Shown: positions 1-8,520 of the stretch, one piece after another | Layout: every line of letters starts with the position of its first letter | Numbering within the stretch: the first letter of the stretch is position 1 | DNA from: a virus | Taxonomy: Duplodnaviria; Caudoviricetes | Length of the DNA stretch: 30,627 bases | IMG/VR virus record: IMGVR_UViG_3300027749_000364 | Span: 1 to 30,627 of that record | Direction: 5' to 3' (one strand) | Position numbers and translations under genes: made by a program | Notes under the pieces: model-generated | Databases searched by the model: none | The model's input: the letters and a program-made list of their open reading frames with translations, nothing else | What the model was told of the DNA's origin: nothing

Positions 1-633
1 TTCTTCTCCACTAAAATAGATATCTGTATCGTGTTTAATCTCTTTTGCCCATTCAGCTCTAGCAAAACAGAAGTGACCAGATAAAAACCTACTCATTGGT
101 GGTTCAGTCATGTCTTGCCAACCGGTTAATAATCCCGGTCTAATAAAGATAGTTCCGTGAGGATAGAAGCATGCAAAGGTCTGTTGCCAAGGCTCCATAG
201 TGCGTCCTTCTGGATCGTTAAACGGAGTATACAATGGCAAATAAGCCCCTAAGATTGGTTTGTACCCTTTAGCTTCTAAACCGCCATGCATTTCAAGCAA
301 TGTCTCGTCCCAATCCTCTGCAAATCTGTGATGAGAATCTAATTGTAAAATGTAGTCTTGATCTGTTAAAAGCTTCTCGTTAATTTGAGCTCTAGCCCAT
401 GGTAGACCTTGAGCTTCGGTATACAAAACGTCCATGATATGAAAACGTTTGTCTTCTCTGTACTCGTCTAGGTTATCGAAAAGATCTTCTGGGTTATACT
501 GTCTGCAGATACCAAAGTGTACTCTTTTTGGGTACTTGGCGTTTTCTAGTGCTGACTTAATTGTTGGTACTAATTCTGGATCTCTATATGCTGGGAGATG
601 CAACAGAATGGTTGGATGTTTACTTTTTGCCAT
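1..633 (-). CDS. GT60-like glycosyltransferase (Skp1/mucin alpha-GlcNAc-transferase family), paralog 2, 3'-truncated by window edge
   Basis: Absent from the ORF track. Hand translation from ATG at 633 is open to base 1 (211 codons): MAKSKHPTILLHLPAYRDPELVPTI...GLPWARAQI...YILQLDSHHRFAEDWD...SRFLSGHFCF...IYFSGEE. It has the YRD, DSH (DxH) and F-x-GEE motifs and is collinear with the 5534-6793 protein. Confidence 0.88.
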   Translation of the reverse strand, partial: MAKSKHPTILLHLPAYRDPELVPTIKSALENAKYPKRVHFGICRQYNPEDLFDNLDEYREDKRFHIMDVLYTEAQGLPWARAQINEKLLTDQDYILQLDSHHRFAEDWDETLLEMHGGLEAKGYKPILGAYLPLYTPFNDPEGRTMEPWQQTFACFYPHGTIFIRPGLLTGWQDMTEPPMSRFLSGHFCFARAEWAKEIKHDTDIYFSGEE

Positions 634-688
634 AACAGAATTTAAAACTTTTATTGTATATTTTGCTGTTTATCTTTTTAGTAGAGCG

Positions 689-919
689 TTATAAAGCTGC
701 TACCACTGAATTTTTAATTGCTAAAAAAGACTCTTCGTCAGAAGCACTCCACTTCGTAGAGTCCTGTGAATCTGTTACTTTTTTATTGTAGTAAGACTCT
801 TTTATAACGTTATTGCCGCTACTTAGATTTGTTGTATAGTAGACTTCAACTACTTGATAATTAGAACTATCTAACATCATGTAGACGTCTCCTGCAATAC
901 TTTTATAATATGTTTTCAT
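689..919 (-). CDS. hypothetical protein (76 aa)
   Basis: ATG-started ORF that fills the gap between co-oriented genes. No recognisable motif. Confidence 0.7.
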   Translation of the reverse strand: MKTYYKSIAGDVYMMLDSSNYQVVEVYYTTNLSSGNNVIKESYYNKKVTDSQDSTKWSASDEESFLAIKNSVVAAL

Positions 920-938
920 ATAATTTAAAATTTATTTT

Positions 939-3716
939 TTAAGGGCAAACAACATTTGAATTATCAGATATACCTGTAATGTAAGCATCAGAGGTTACAT
1001 AAACAGATGAATTGACTTGCGCATCACTGGATTCAGTACAGTTATATTGATAATCTGATGCTCCACCGCTAACAGTAATTTGAGCTATAGCAGCATATTG
1101 AGCAACACTACCAACTTCCGTTTGTACTAAGTCCGTAGTTGATACATTGTATATAGTTCCAATAGCTCCATTAGTTGTTGTATAAACTACTTGTGTTCCG
1201 TTAACATAAATTGACATATATCCATTTCCCGTACCACCTGTTTTAGAATAACTCCAACCTATTGAGAATACAGTAGGACTCGGAGATGCAGGAGGCGTAG
1301 GACTAGGAGTTGGTGTACTACTTGGAGCCGGTGTGTTGCTAGGTGCTGGTGTATTACTTGGTGCAGGAGTTACTGAAACTGAAGGAGTACTGCTTACTGA
1401 TACACTAGGAGTAACTGAAGGACTAGGAGAACTAGTTACAGACGCTGATGGAGTAACTGAAGCACTTGGAGTTCTTGTTACACTCACAGAAGGAGTAACT
1501 GATGGAGATGTCGTTACTGAAACTGTTACAGATGGCGTAACTGAAGGACTAGTTGTGCTAGTTATTGAGACGCTTGGAGTTACTGAGCTACTTGGAGTTC
1601 TTGTTATTGTAATACTAGGTGTAACCGTCGGAGTAATTGATATGCTTGGCGTTACGGTTACAGTTACAGAAGGAGTCACACTAATACTTGGTGTTGCTGA
1701 TATACTTACCGAAGGCGTTACGCTAATACTAGGAGTTACCGATATGCTTACAGAAGGAGTAACAGATGCGCTAGGCGTAACAGTTACGGTTACCGAAGGA
1801 GTTACACTAATACTAGGAGTGGCTGTTATGGATACGCTCGGAGTAACTGAAGCCGAAGGAGTCGCTGATACCGCCGATGTTCCAGAAATAGAAGGCGTTA
1901 CCGATATCGAAGGAGTAACTGTAGGCGTTACTGATACTGTTGGAGTAACTGATATTGTTGGTGTTGTAGTCGGTGTTATGGTTATACTTGGAGTAACTGA
2001 TACGCTCGCTGTTCTTGTAACGCTTGGAGTAACTGATATGCTAGGCGTCAATGATACAGAAACGCTAGGCGTAATTGATATCGAAGGAGTTACAGAAACT
2101 GTAGGAGTTACTGATACTGCGGATGTAGTAGATATCGATGTAGATGGAGTTACTGAAACACTTATACTAGGTGTAATCGATATACTAGGCGTAATCGATA
2201 TTGAAGAAGTTGTAGTTACACTTGGAGTAACTGTTGGAGTCGCTGATACCGCCGATGTTCCAGAAATAGATGGAGTAACTGAAATTGAAGGAGTAACTGT
2301 AGGTGTTACTGATACAGTAGTCGTTGTAGATACACTCGGCGTCACTGAAACTGTAGGCGTAACAGATACTGCAGAAGTTGTAGATATAGATGTAGATGGA
2401 GTTACTGAAACAGTTATGCTTGGAGTAACTGATACTGTTGGTGTTACTGATACCGCTGATGTTGTTGAAATAGACGGCGTTACAGAAATAGAAGAAGTTG
2501 TAGTTACACTAGGAGTTGTAGTTGGTGTTATTGATACCGCAGATGTTCCAGAAATAGATGGAGTTACCGATACACTTGGAGTAACTGAAATTGAAGGCGT
2601 AACCGTCGGTGTTATTGATACAGTAGTAGTTGTAGATACACTAGGGGTAGCAGAAATTCCAGGCGTAGTTGAAACAGATGGAGTAACTGATACACTAGGA
2701 GTAGCTGAAGGCGTTACTGAAGCTCCTCCTGCACTTGGTGTAGTAGAAATACTTGGAGTCACAGAAACACTAACAGCGCCAGCACTTGGTGTAGCAGATG
2801 GAGTTGTTGTAGGTGTTACTGAAGCTCCACCAACTGAAGGAGTTGTTGATATGCTTGGAGTTGCAGAAACTGTAGGTGTAACAGATACTATAGGAGTTGT
2901 TGATACACTTGGAGTTGCACTTGTACTAATACTAGGCGTGATAGAAATAGTAGGTGTTATCGATACTGTACGAGTTGGAGTAACAGATACACTATTTGTA
3001 ACCGATATAGACGGAGTTACTGAAATGGTGGCTGTCGCTGATAAACTAGGCGTTACTGAGGTGCTAGGCGTTACCGATAAAGATGGAGTTACTGTAACCG
3101 AAGGAGTAGTTGTAGGAGTTATCGAAGTAGTGACGCTTGGAGTTACAGATATGCTTGGCGTAACGGATGCAGATGGAGTACTAGTAACTGCTGGCGTTCC
3201 TGATACGGATGCGGTAACAGATATCGATGGTGTTATAGAAACTGATGAGGTCACACTAACGCTAGGAGTAGTTGATACGGTAACGCTTGGAGTTATAGAT
3301 GTGCTCGGTGTAACAGAAGGAGAAGCCGTAACAGACATTGAAGGAGTTACGGATGTGCTACGCGTTACTGTAACCGATGGAGTAGTTGTGGGAGTAATAG
3401 AAACAGTAATGCTAGGAGTAATAGAAACGCTTGGTGTAACAGAAATAGACGGTGTAACAGAGATTGATGGAGTGGCGCTTGGACTAACTGATACAGATGC
3501 AGTAATAGAAGGCGTAACGGAAATTGATGGAGTAACAGAAGTAGAAGGTGTTGGAGAAAGTCCTGGTAATTCTGGCTGAGGCGCATCTAAAGCTCCATTA
3601 TTATTAATTATGGTAGATTGTAACGCAAGATCTTGTCCTCTACCAGAAATCTTATTCTGATAATTTATTTTTTTGGATGATGTTCCAAATGTCGATCTTC
3701 TACCGTTTAATGCCAT
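939..3716 (-). CDS. mucin-like Ser/Thr/Pro-repeat protein (925 aa), putative virion fibre/decoration
   Basis: About 52-aa basic N-terminus with no signal peptide, then about 760 aa of TPS[VI][ST][VIA]-type repeats, then an about 110-aa beta-rich C-terminal domain ending VVCP. Lies downstream of the tail module. Confidence 0.85.
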   Translation of the reverse strand: MALNGRRSTFGTSSKKINYQNKISGRGQDLALQSTIINNNGALDAPQPELPGLSPTPSTSVTPSISVTPSITASVSVSPSATPSISVTPSISVTPSVSITPSITVSITPTTTPSVTVTRSTSVTPSMSVTASPSVTPSTSITPSVTVSTTPSVSVTSSVSITPSISVTASVSGTPAVTSTPSASVTPSISVTPSVTTSITPTTTPSVTVTPSLSVTPSTSVTPSLSATATISVTPSISVTNSVSVTPTRTVSITPTISITPSISTSATPSVSTTPIVSVTPTVSATPSISTTPSVGGASVTPTTTPSATPSAGAVSVSVTPSISTTPSAGGASVTPSATPSVSVTPSVSTTPGISATPSVSTTTTVSITPTVTPSISVTPSVSVTPSISGTSAVSITPTTTPSVTTTSSISVTPSISTTSAVSVTPTVSVTPSITVSVTPSTSISTTSAVSVTPTVSVTPSVSTTTTVSVTPTVTPSISVTPSISGTSAVSATPTVTPSVTTTSSISITPSISITPSISVSVTPSTSISTTSAVSVTPTVSVTPSISITPSVSVSLTPSISVTPSVTRTASVSVTPSITITPTTTPTISVTPTVSVTPTVTPSISVTPSISGTSAVSATPSASVTPSVSITATPSISVTPSVTVTVTPSASVTPSVSISVTPSISVTPSVSISATPSISVTPSVTVTVTPSISITPTVTPSITITRTPSSSVTPSVSITSTTSPSVTPSVTVSVTTSPSVTPSVSVTRTPSASVTPSASVTSSPSPSVTPSVSVSSTPSVSVTPAPSNTPAPSNTPAPSSTPTPSPTPPASPSPTVFSIGWSYSKTGGTGNGYMSIYVNGTQVVYTTTNGAIGTIYNVSTTDLVQTEVGSVAQYAAIAQITVSGGASDYQYNCTESSDAQVNSSVYVTSDAYITGISDNSNVVCP
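1273..3560 (-). repeat. degenerate coding 18-bp (hexapeptide TPS[VI][ST][VIA]) repeat array
   Basis: Protein period of about 6 aa; DNA copies are synonymously diverged; higher-order blocks such as SISGTSAVS occur three times. Boundaries approximate. Confidence 0.9.
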
Positions 3717-3745
3717 TTTATTCTTTATTATTTATCTTTTTAATA

Positions 3746-5494
3746 TTAACAAGCTCCTGCATATCCAGCATTTGCTGTAATATATAATGTTACGTTAGAT
3801 GTTACTCTATACGCCTGACTTCCATAAGGATTTGCACTACAAGCGCTAGGAGCAGAAGGATATCCACTACCTACAGCCATATTAATTGCAGTACCAGCAT
3901 TATCTACAGCTGGTCCTCCACCAGAACCATAATCACAAGCCAATTGTAATGTTGTTAAATTAGGAACGTTGTATATATAACCGACTAAACCACCGCTAGT
4001 ACTAACAGCTCCTGATAATTGAGTATTACTAAACCATATATCATCGCTCCACCAGATATATTGACTAGGGCTTAAAGCTCCGCTTGATTTAGCATATACT
4101 GTAACTGTCCAAGTAGGAGGTACTCCACTTACGCTAGGAGAAGGAGTGGAACTCACTGCTGGTGTATTACTTGGTGCTGGTGTTACAGATATGCTAGGAG
4201 TTGCAGATATTGATGCGCTTGGTGTAACGGATACTGAAGGAGTAACAGATACTGAAGGAGTAACTGAAACGCTTGGAGTAACCGATACTGAAGGCGTTAC
4301 ACTAATACTTGTAGTTACCGAAGGCGTTACTGATATCGATGGAGTAGCGCTAATAGAAACAGAAGGCGTAACCGATGGTGATACAGTTACCGAAACAGTT
4401 ACTGAAGGAGTTACCGATATACTAGGCGTAGCCGATATAGAAATGCTCGGAGTTACACTAATACTCGTAGTTACTGAAGGAGTTCTAGACGGCGTAATTG
4501 AAGAACTAGGCGTTTGAGTTACTGTTATAGATGGAGTTACGCTAATGCTTGGTGTCGCTGATATGCTTACAGAAGGTGTAACAGATACGGAAGAGGTAAC
4601 TGTAATAGTTGGCGTAACTGTAATGCTTGGAGTCACACTAATACTAGGTGTAACTGATATGCTAGGTGTTGCTGATATAGAAATGCTTGGCGTAACTGAA
4701 ATACTTGGAGTTACACTAACACTAGGCGTATTAGATATAGAAATAGTAGGTGTTATCGATACGCTATTTGTAACAGACAAACTAGGAGTTACCGATGTAC
4801 TAGGAGTTACCGATACTGATGGTGTTGTCGAAGGAGTCACCGTAGGAGTAATCGATATGGTTGGTGTTATAGTAGGCGTTATAGATACACTAGGAGTTAT
4901 TGAAACGCTGGCAGTTCTTGTAACACTTGGAGTAACAGAAGCGCTTGGAGTTACTGATATCGATGGAGTTCTAGAAGGCGTAGCAGAAGGAGAAGGCGTT
5001 GCGCTATTTCCAGGAGTTACCGATATACTTGGAGTAACTGATATTGTAGGAGTGATAGATATTGTACGCGTAATACTTGGAGTTCTAGACGGCGTATGAC
5101 TTATACTTGGAGTAATACTAGTACTTGGTGTATTAGTAGGTGTAATACTTGGAGTTCTAGAAGGGTTGATAGTATTCGTTGGAGTGATACTAACTGTTGG
5201 AGTGGCCGTTTTAGTAACTGTTATGCTAGGCGTTTTAGTAATTGATACACTTGGTGTAATCGTAGGCGTAGTAGAAAAACTAGGAGTTACAGAAAGGCTT
5301 GGAGTAGGAGACGGACTATTAGATAGCGGTAGAGGGCCTGGCATTGGACCCGGAAGACCCGTATTGCTGTTCTTTAATTCAGATTGCACGGCGAAAGGAA
5401 CCTGTTTAGTTTTAGTTCTATCGCTGTAAAGAAAAACCTGGGTGGTATCGTTATTAGGCGCTAGCTTTGATTTTTTGTGATCTCTTAATTCCAC
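3746..5494 (-). CDS. mucin-like Ser/Thr/Pro-repeat protein (582 aa), putative virion fibre/decoration
   Basis: GTG start 11 nt downstream of an ATATTTAT motif. Basic N-terminus resembles that of the 925-aa protein; about 400 aa of repeats; about 120-aa C-terminal domain ending AGAC. Confidence 0.85.
   Translation of the reverse strand: MELRDHKKSKLAPNNDTTQVFLYSDRTKTKQVPFAVQSELKNSNTGLPGPMPGPLPLSNSPSPTPSLSVTPSFSTTPTITPSVSITKTPSITVTKTATPTVSITPTNTINPSRTPSITPTNTPSTSITPSISHTPSRTPSITRTISITPTISVTPSISVTPGNSATPSPSATPSRTPSISVTPSASVTPSVTRTASVSITPSVSITPTITPTISITPTVTPSTTPSVSVTPSTSVTPSLSVTNSVSITPTISISNTPSVSVTPSISVTPSISISATPSISVTPSISVTPSITVTPTITVTSSVSVTPSVSISATPSISVTPSITVTQTPSSSITPSRTPSVTTSISVTPSISISATPSISVTPSVTVSVTVSPSVTPSVSISATPSISVTPSVTTSISVTPSVSVTPSVSVTPSVSVTPSVSVTPSASISATPSISVTPAPSNTPAVSSTPSPSVSGVPPTWTVTVYAKSSGALSPSQYIWWSDDIWFSNTQLSGAVSTSGGLVGYIYNVPNLTTLQLACDYGSGGGPAVDNAGTAINMAVGSGYPSAPSACSANPYGSQAYRVTSNVTLYITANAGYAGAC
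4112..5317 (-). repeat. degenerate hexapeptide coding repeat array
   Basis: TPSISV/TPSVSV/TPSISISA units in the translation. Boundaries approximate. Confidence 0.9.
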
Positions 5495-5505
5495 GCGTGT
5501 TTTGT

Positions 5506-5513
5506 ATAAATAT
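5506..5513 (-). promoter_or_regulatory. putative late promoter motif ATATTTAT
   Basis: Intergenic, 11 nt upstream of the 5494 GTG. The same octamer occurs at four other gene-proximal sites. Confidence 0.6.
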
Positions 5514-5533
5514 TCAAAGAATCAAATACAGCT

Positions 5534-6793
5534 CTATTCGTAATTTATCTTATTTTCAATTCTGTCGCACCAGCCCTTAGATTCGCTGTGGGGCCATATT
5601 CTCCAAGAATCAGGAGCTATTGCGCTCTCAAAATCTCTCCAGATGTGTACAAACTGATCGTCGGCTTCCTGGTTGCGCAATCCATCCATTTCTTGAATAG
5701 TCATATCCTGTCTGTATAAGTCCTTGCCATCAGCATCTAATAGAGCAATTGCGAATGTATCGTAATCGGCTTCTGTCAGAGCGCCTTTCCAAAGATCTAT
5801 ACAAACTTTTCTTTTGTGCATTAGACCTGATTCATAGTCGCCCTTTATTGGTGGTAGATCATTTGCTACGGTTTCTTTGTGAATTTGTCTTGTTTTGAAT
5901 TTTAAACCTGCAAATTTCTCGTATTGTTCTAATGTTCTAACCGTACCGAATCCGTACTGAGCTAATGCTCTTCTTTGACATGGCGTACAAGGCACATCGT
6001 CCATTTCGAATAGCTTTCTAAACCTAGCGTAAGAAGCCTTGTCCAACTCTCCGTAAGTTTTGTGATCGTCCCAATGTCTTTGCTTTCCCTTTCTGGTGTA
6101 TTCGTGCCAAACAATTGGTCTGTGTGGAGCGTATATGTCGTATCCGTGTGTGTAAGCTCTTGCGGCCAAACTAGTCTCTTCTCCATGAAAATAAAAATTA
6201 GGATCGTAAGGTACCTCTTTAACAAAACTTCCAACAGTGAATATAAAGTGACCCGATAAAAATCTGCTTGGAACTGGCTCTGTTAAAGATTTCCAACCGT
6301 CAAAGTGATAAGGCTGTAAAAACACTGCACCTTCAGGTAAGAATCTCATAATGTTTAATCCCCATACCTCTTGAACTCTGCCTTCAGGATCGTTCTCTGG
6401 AAAGTAGCCTGGCACGTAGGAGGAGATGATTGGTTTTTTATTGCCCTTGCATCTAAAGTAATTAACGTAATCTTTTAGAGTGGTGTCCCAATTCTTTTCG
6501 AATCTGTGATGAGAATCTAGTTGAAAGTAATAGTCTTCTCCTCTATAAAATTCCTGTATTTTACTTCTAACCCAACAAACTCCGTTAGAATCGGTATGAT
6601 CTATGTCAAGAATGGTGAATCTTGGATCTCTTACGTATTGGCTCAATGTGTCCCACTCGTCTTCATTAGAGTGCTGCCAACCAATACAAACGTGCAAATT
6701 TTCAGGCTCTGCACTATTTTCCAATAAATTCTTTAAAGTAGGTAAAAGTTCGGGGTCTCTATAGGACGCTATCGAAACGAAGATTTTTGACAT
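5534..6793 (-). CDS. GT60-like glycosyltransferase (Skp1/mucin alpha-GlcNAc-transferase family), paralog 1
   Basis: IFVSIASYRDPEL, GVCWVR, YFQLDSHHRF (DxH), FLSGHFIF, VPYDPNFYFHGEE, RAYTHGYDIYAP..IVWHEY match the Gnt1/OGNT (Pfam GlcNAc) pattern. An extra Trp-rich C-terminal region of about 100 aa follows. Confidence 0.9.
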   Translation of the reverse strand: MSKIFVSIASYRDPELLPTLKNLLENSAEPENLHVCIGWQHSNEDEWDTLSQYVRDPRFTILDIDHTDSNGVCWVRSKIQEFYRGEDYYFQLDSHHRFEKNWDTTLKDYVNYFRCKGNKKPIISSYVPGYFPENDPEGRVQEVWGLNIMRFLPEGAVFLQPYHFDGWKSLTEPVPSRFLSGHFIFTVGSFVKEVPYDPNFYFHGEETSLAARAYTHGYDIYAPHRPIVWHEYTRKGKQRHWDDHKTYGELDKASYARFRKLFEMDDVPCTPCQRRALAQYGFGTVRTLEQYEKFAGLKFKTRQIHKETVANDLPPIKGDYESGLMHKRKVCIDLWKGALTEADYDTFAIALLDADGKDLYRQDMTIQEMDGLRNQEADDQFVHIWRDFESAIAPDSWRIWPHSESKGWCDRIENKINYE

Positions 6794-6812
6794 AACCCAA
6801 TATTAATTAATT

Positions 6813-6841
6813 TTTATAACTTAATGAAATTTAAAAAGCAA
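6813..6841 (-). promoter_or_regulatory. possible sigma70-like promoter TTGCTT-N17-TATAAA upstream of the glycosyltransferase
   Basis: -35-like at 6841-6836, -10-like at 6818-6813, 17-nt spacer. The AT-rich context makes a chance match possible. Confidence 0.3.
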
Positions 6842-6847
6842 GTAAGA

Positions 6848-8503
6848 TTATGAAAATATCCTTTTACAACTAGTAGTAGGTATACCAACATTTACTGTAG
6901 TAGCTCCTCCATTTACCGTGAAACTATCTCCGTTGTTATAATTAGTTCCATTTATAACAATTCCGTTTTGGAATTTGTAGTATGATCCTGCGGCTGCGTA
7001 GTCTGCATTGGCATAGAATTGGCCACTAAATCCTTTGGTTAAAGTGAAAGTAGGATAATTTGTAACACCATCTATAGATCCTGCGTTACATGCAGACGTA
7101 GTATATGTATACACACTTATACTATACTGATCTATCACTAAATCAGTACCTATAGGAGTGCTAAGGGTCAAGCCTATAAATCCGGAACCAAGAGAATTAT
7201 AGTAATCGTTTAATGCAAGAGTAGTAGACGCAGGATAAGTAAAGCCTGTAGTGCCTCTTACGTAATAAGTTCTACCTCCAGTAAGCGTAAAATTAGTATT
7301 TATGCTATATGTGGTATAATTAGTAGTGCTATTGATTATAGTATTACCAGCGCTATCAGTAATAGTTAAATTTCTTGTAGAAGTTCCAAAAGCTGGAGGA
7401 GCATAAGCCGAATCTCCTGAAGCTTGCGCATATATAGATTGATCTTGATATTGAGTGCCTCCAACCAACACATCTCCAGGAGTACTGAATACATCATTAA
7501 CAAGATCTGTGCTCGTAGTATTGTTACGTATATATACATTGTTGTCTAAGAATACAGTTCCATCGTTGGCTTCTGTATTTCTGTAATAAAGAACCGCGAC
7601 CAAAGGAGTTACAGATACTGAAGGCGTGGCGGTTATAGATACACTAGGAGTTCTCGTTAAAGATACGCTAGGAGTTACTGATATAGAAGGCGTAACTGAT
7701 ACAGATGAAGTTACAGATACGCTTGGAGTTACGGATATACTAGTTGTAACTGAAGGAGTAACTGATAAACTCGGAGTAACTGAAGGAGAAGGCGTTACTG
7801 ATAAGCTAGTTGTAACGGAAGGCGTAGCTGATTTTGAAGGCGTTACTGATAAACTAGGCGTTATAGATATACTAGTTGTTGCAGAAGGAGTAACTGTCGG
7901 AGTAGCGCTAACAGTAATTGATGGTGTAACAGATACTCCCGGTGTTACTGATACAGATTTTGTAACAGATATAGAAGGAGTAACTGAAGGAGAAGCAGTT
8001 ACAGATACACTAGGCGTTACAGATATTGACGGCGTAGCACTAATAGAAGAGGAAGGAGTCACACTAATAGAAGGAGTTGCACTTATACTTACAGATGGAG
8101 TAGCGCTAATACTTACTGATGGAGTAATTGAGAACGAAGGAGTTACTGTAATACTAGGTGTAACCGATACTGATGGAGTAACTGAAACAGAAGGCGTAAC
8201 TGATACAGAAGGCGTTGCAGAAATAGAAACGCTAGGAGTAACTGAGTAAGACGGAGTAACGGAAGGAGAAGGCGTAGGACTTAATGGTACAATATATTTA
8301 AACATTGTATTTAAGCCGCAAGGATCTTGGTTTTCTAGTACTATATATTGAGCTGCATCAGGAACAGAAACAAGATGGCCGTCCAATAAATCGTCTAATG
8401 TAACGTTTAATTCAACAATGTTCAAGAAACTATCCCAATAGATATTAAATGGACCTACAGCATTTCCGTATTGAGTAACTCTTATGTATATCGATTGTGC
8501 CAT
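6848..8503 (-). CDS. mucin-like Ser/Thr/Pro-repeat protein (551 aa), putative virion fibre/decoration
   Basis: About 72-aa globular N-terminal domain (GPFNIY...NVTLDDLLDG...DPCG), about 225 aa of repeats, and an about 250-aa beta-rich Tyr/Asn/Thr-rich C-terminal region with two Cys. Confidence 0.85.
   Translation of the reverse strand: MAQSIYIRVTQYGNAVGPFNIYWDSFLNIVELNVTLDDLLDGHLVSVPDAAQYIVLENQDPCGLNTMFKYIVPLSPTPSPSVTPSYSVTPSVSISATPSVSVTPSVSVTPSVSVTPSITVTPSFSITPSVSISATPSVSISATPSISVTPSSSISATPSISVTPSVSVTASPSVTPSISVTKSVSVTPGVSVTPSITVSATPTVTPSATTSISITPSLSVTPSKSATPSVTTSLSVTPSPSVTPSLSVTPSVTTSISVTPSVSVTSSVSVTPSISVTPSVSLTRTPSVSITATPSVSVTPLVAVLYYRNTEANDGTVFLDNNVYIRNNTTSTDLVNDVFSTPGDVLVGGTQYQDQSIYAQASGDSAYAPPAFGTSTRNLTITDSAGNTIINSTTNYTTYSINTNFTLTGGRTYYVRGTTGFTYPASTTLALNDYYNSLGSGFIGLTLSTPIGTDLVIDQYSISVYTYTTSACNAGSIDGVTNYPTFTLTKGFSGQFYANADYAAAGSYYKFQNGIVINGTNYNNGDSFTVNGGATTVNVGIPTTSCKRIFS
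7604..8282 (-). repeat. degenerate hexapeptide coding repeat array
   Basis: TPSVSV/TPSISV units. Boundaries approximate. Confidence 0.9.
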
Positions 8504-8520
8504 TTACTTTCTATCTTTTA

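Noticed and set aside
449-694. 81-aa plus-strand ORF
   Set aside because: It is antisense to the well-supported GT60-like gene at 1-633.
1333-3579. 748-aa plus-strand ORF (GVT/LGV repeats) and similar ones at 4146-5429, 7626-8249 and 8870-9142
   Set aside because: These are antisense shadows. In this offset frame Thr/Pro/Ser/Val/Ile codons map to Val/Gly/Leu-Asp-Glu/Thr/Ile, and stops arise only opposite Tyr, His or Gln, which the repeats nearly lack. The ORFs end where the repeats end.
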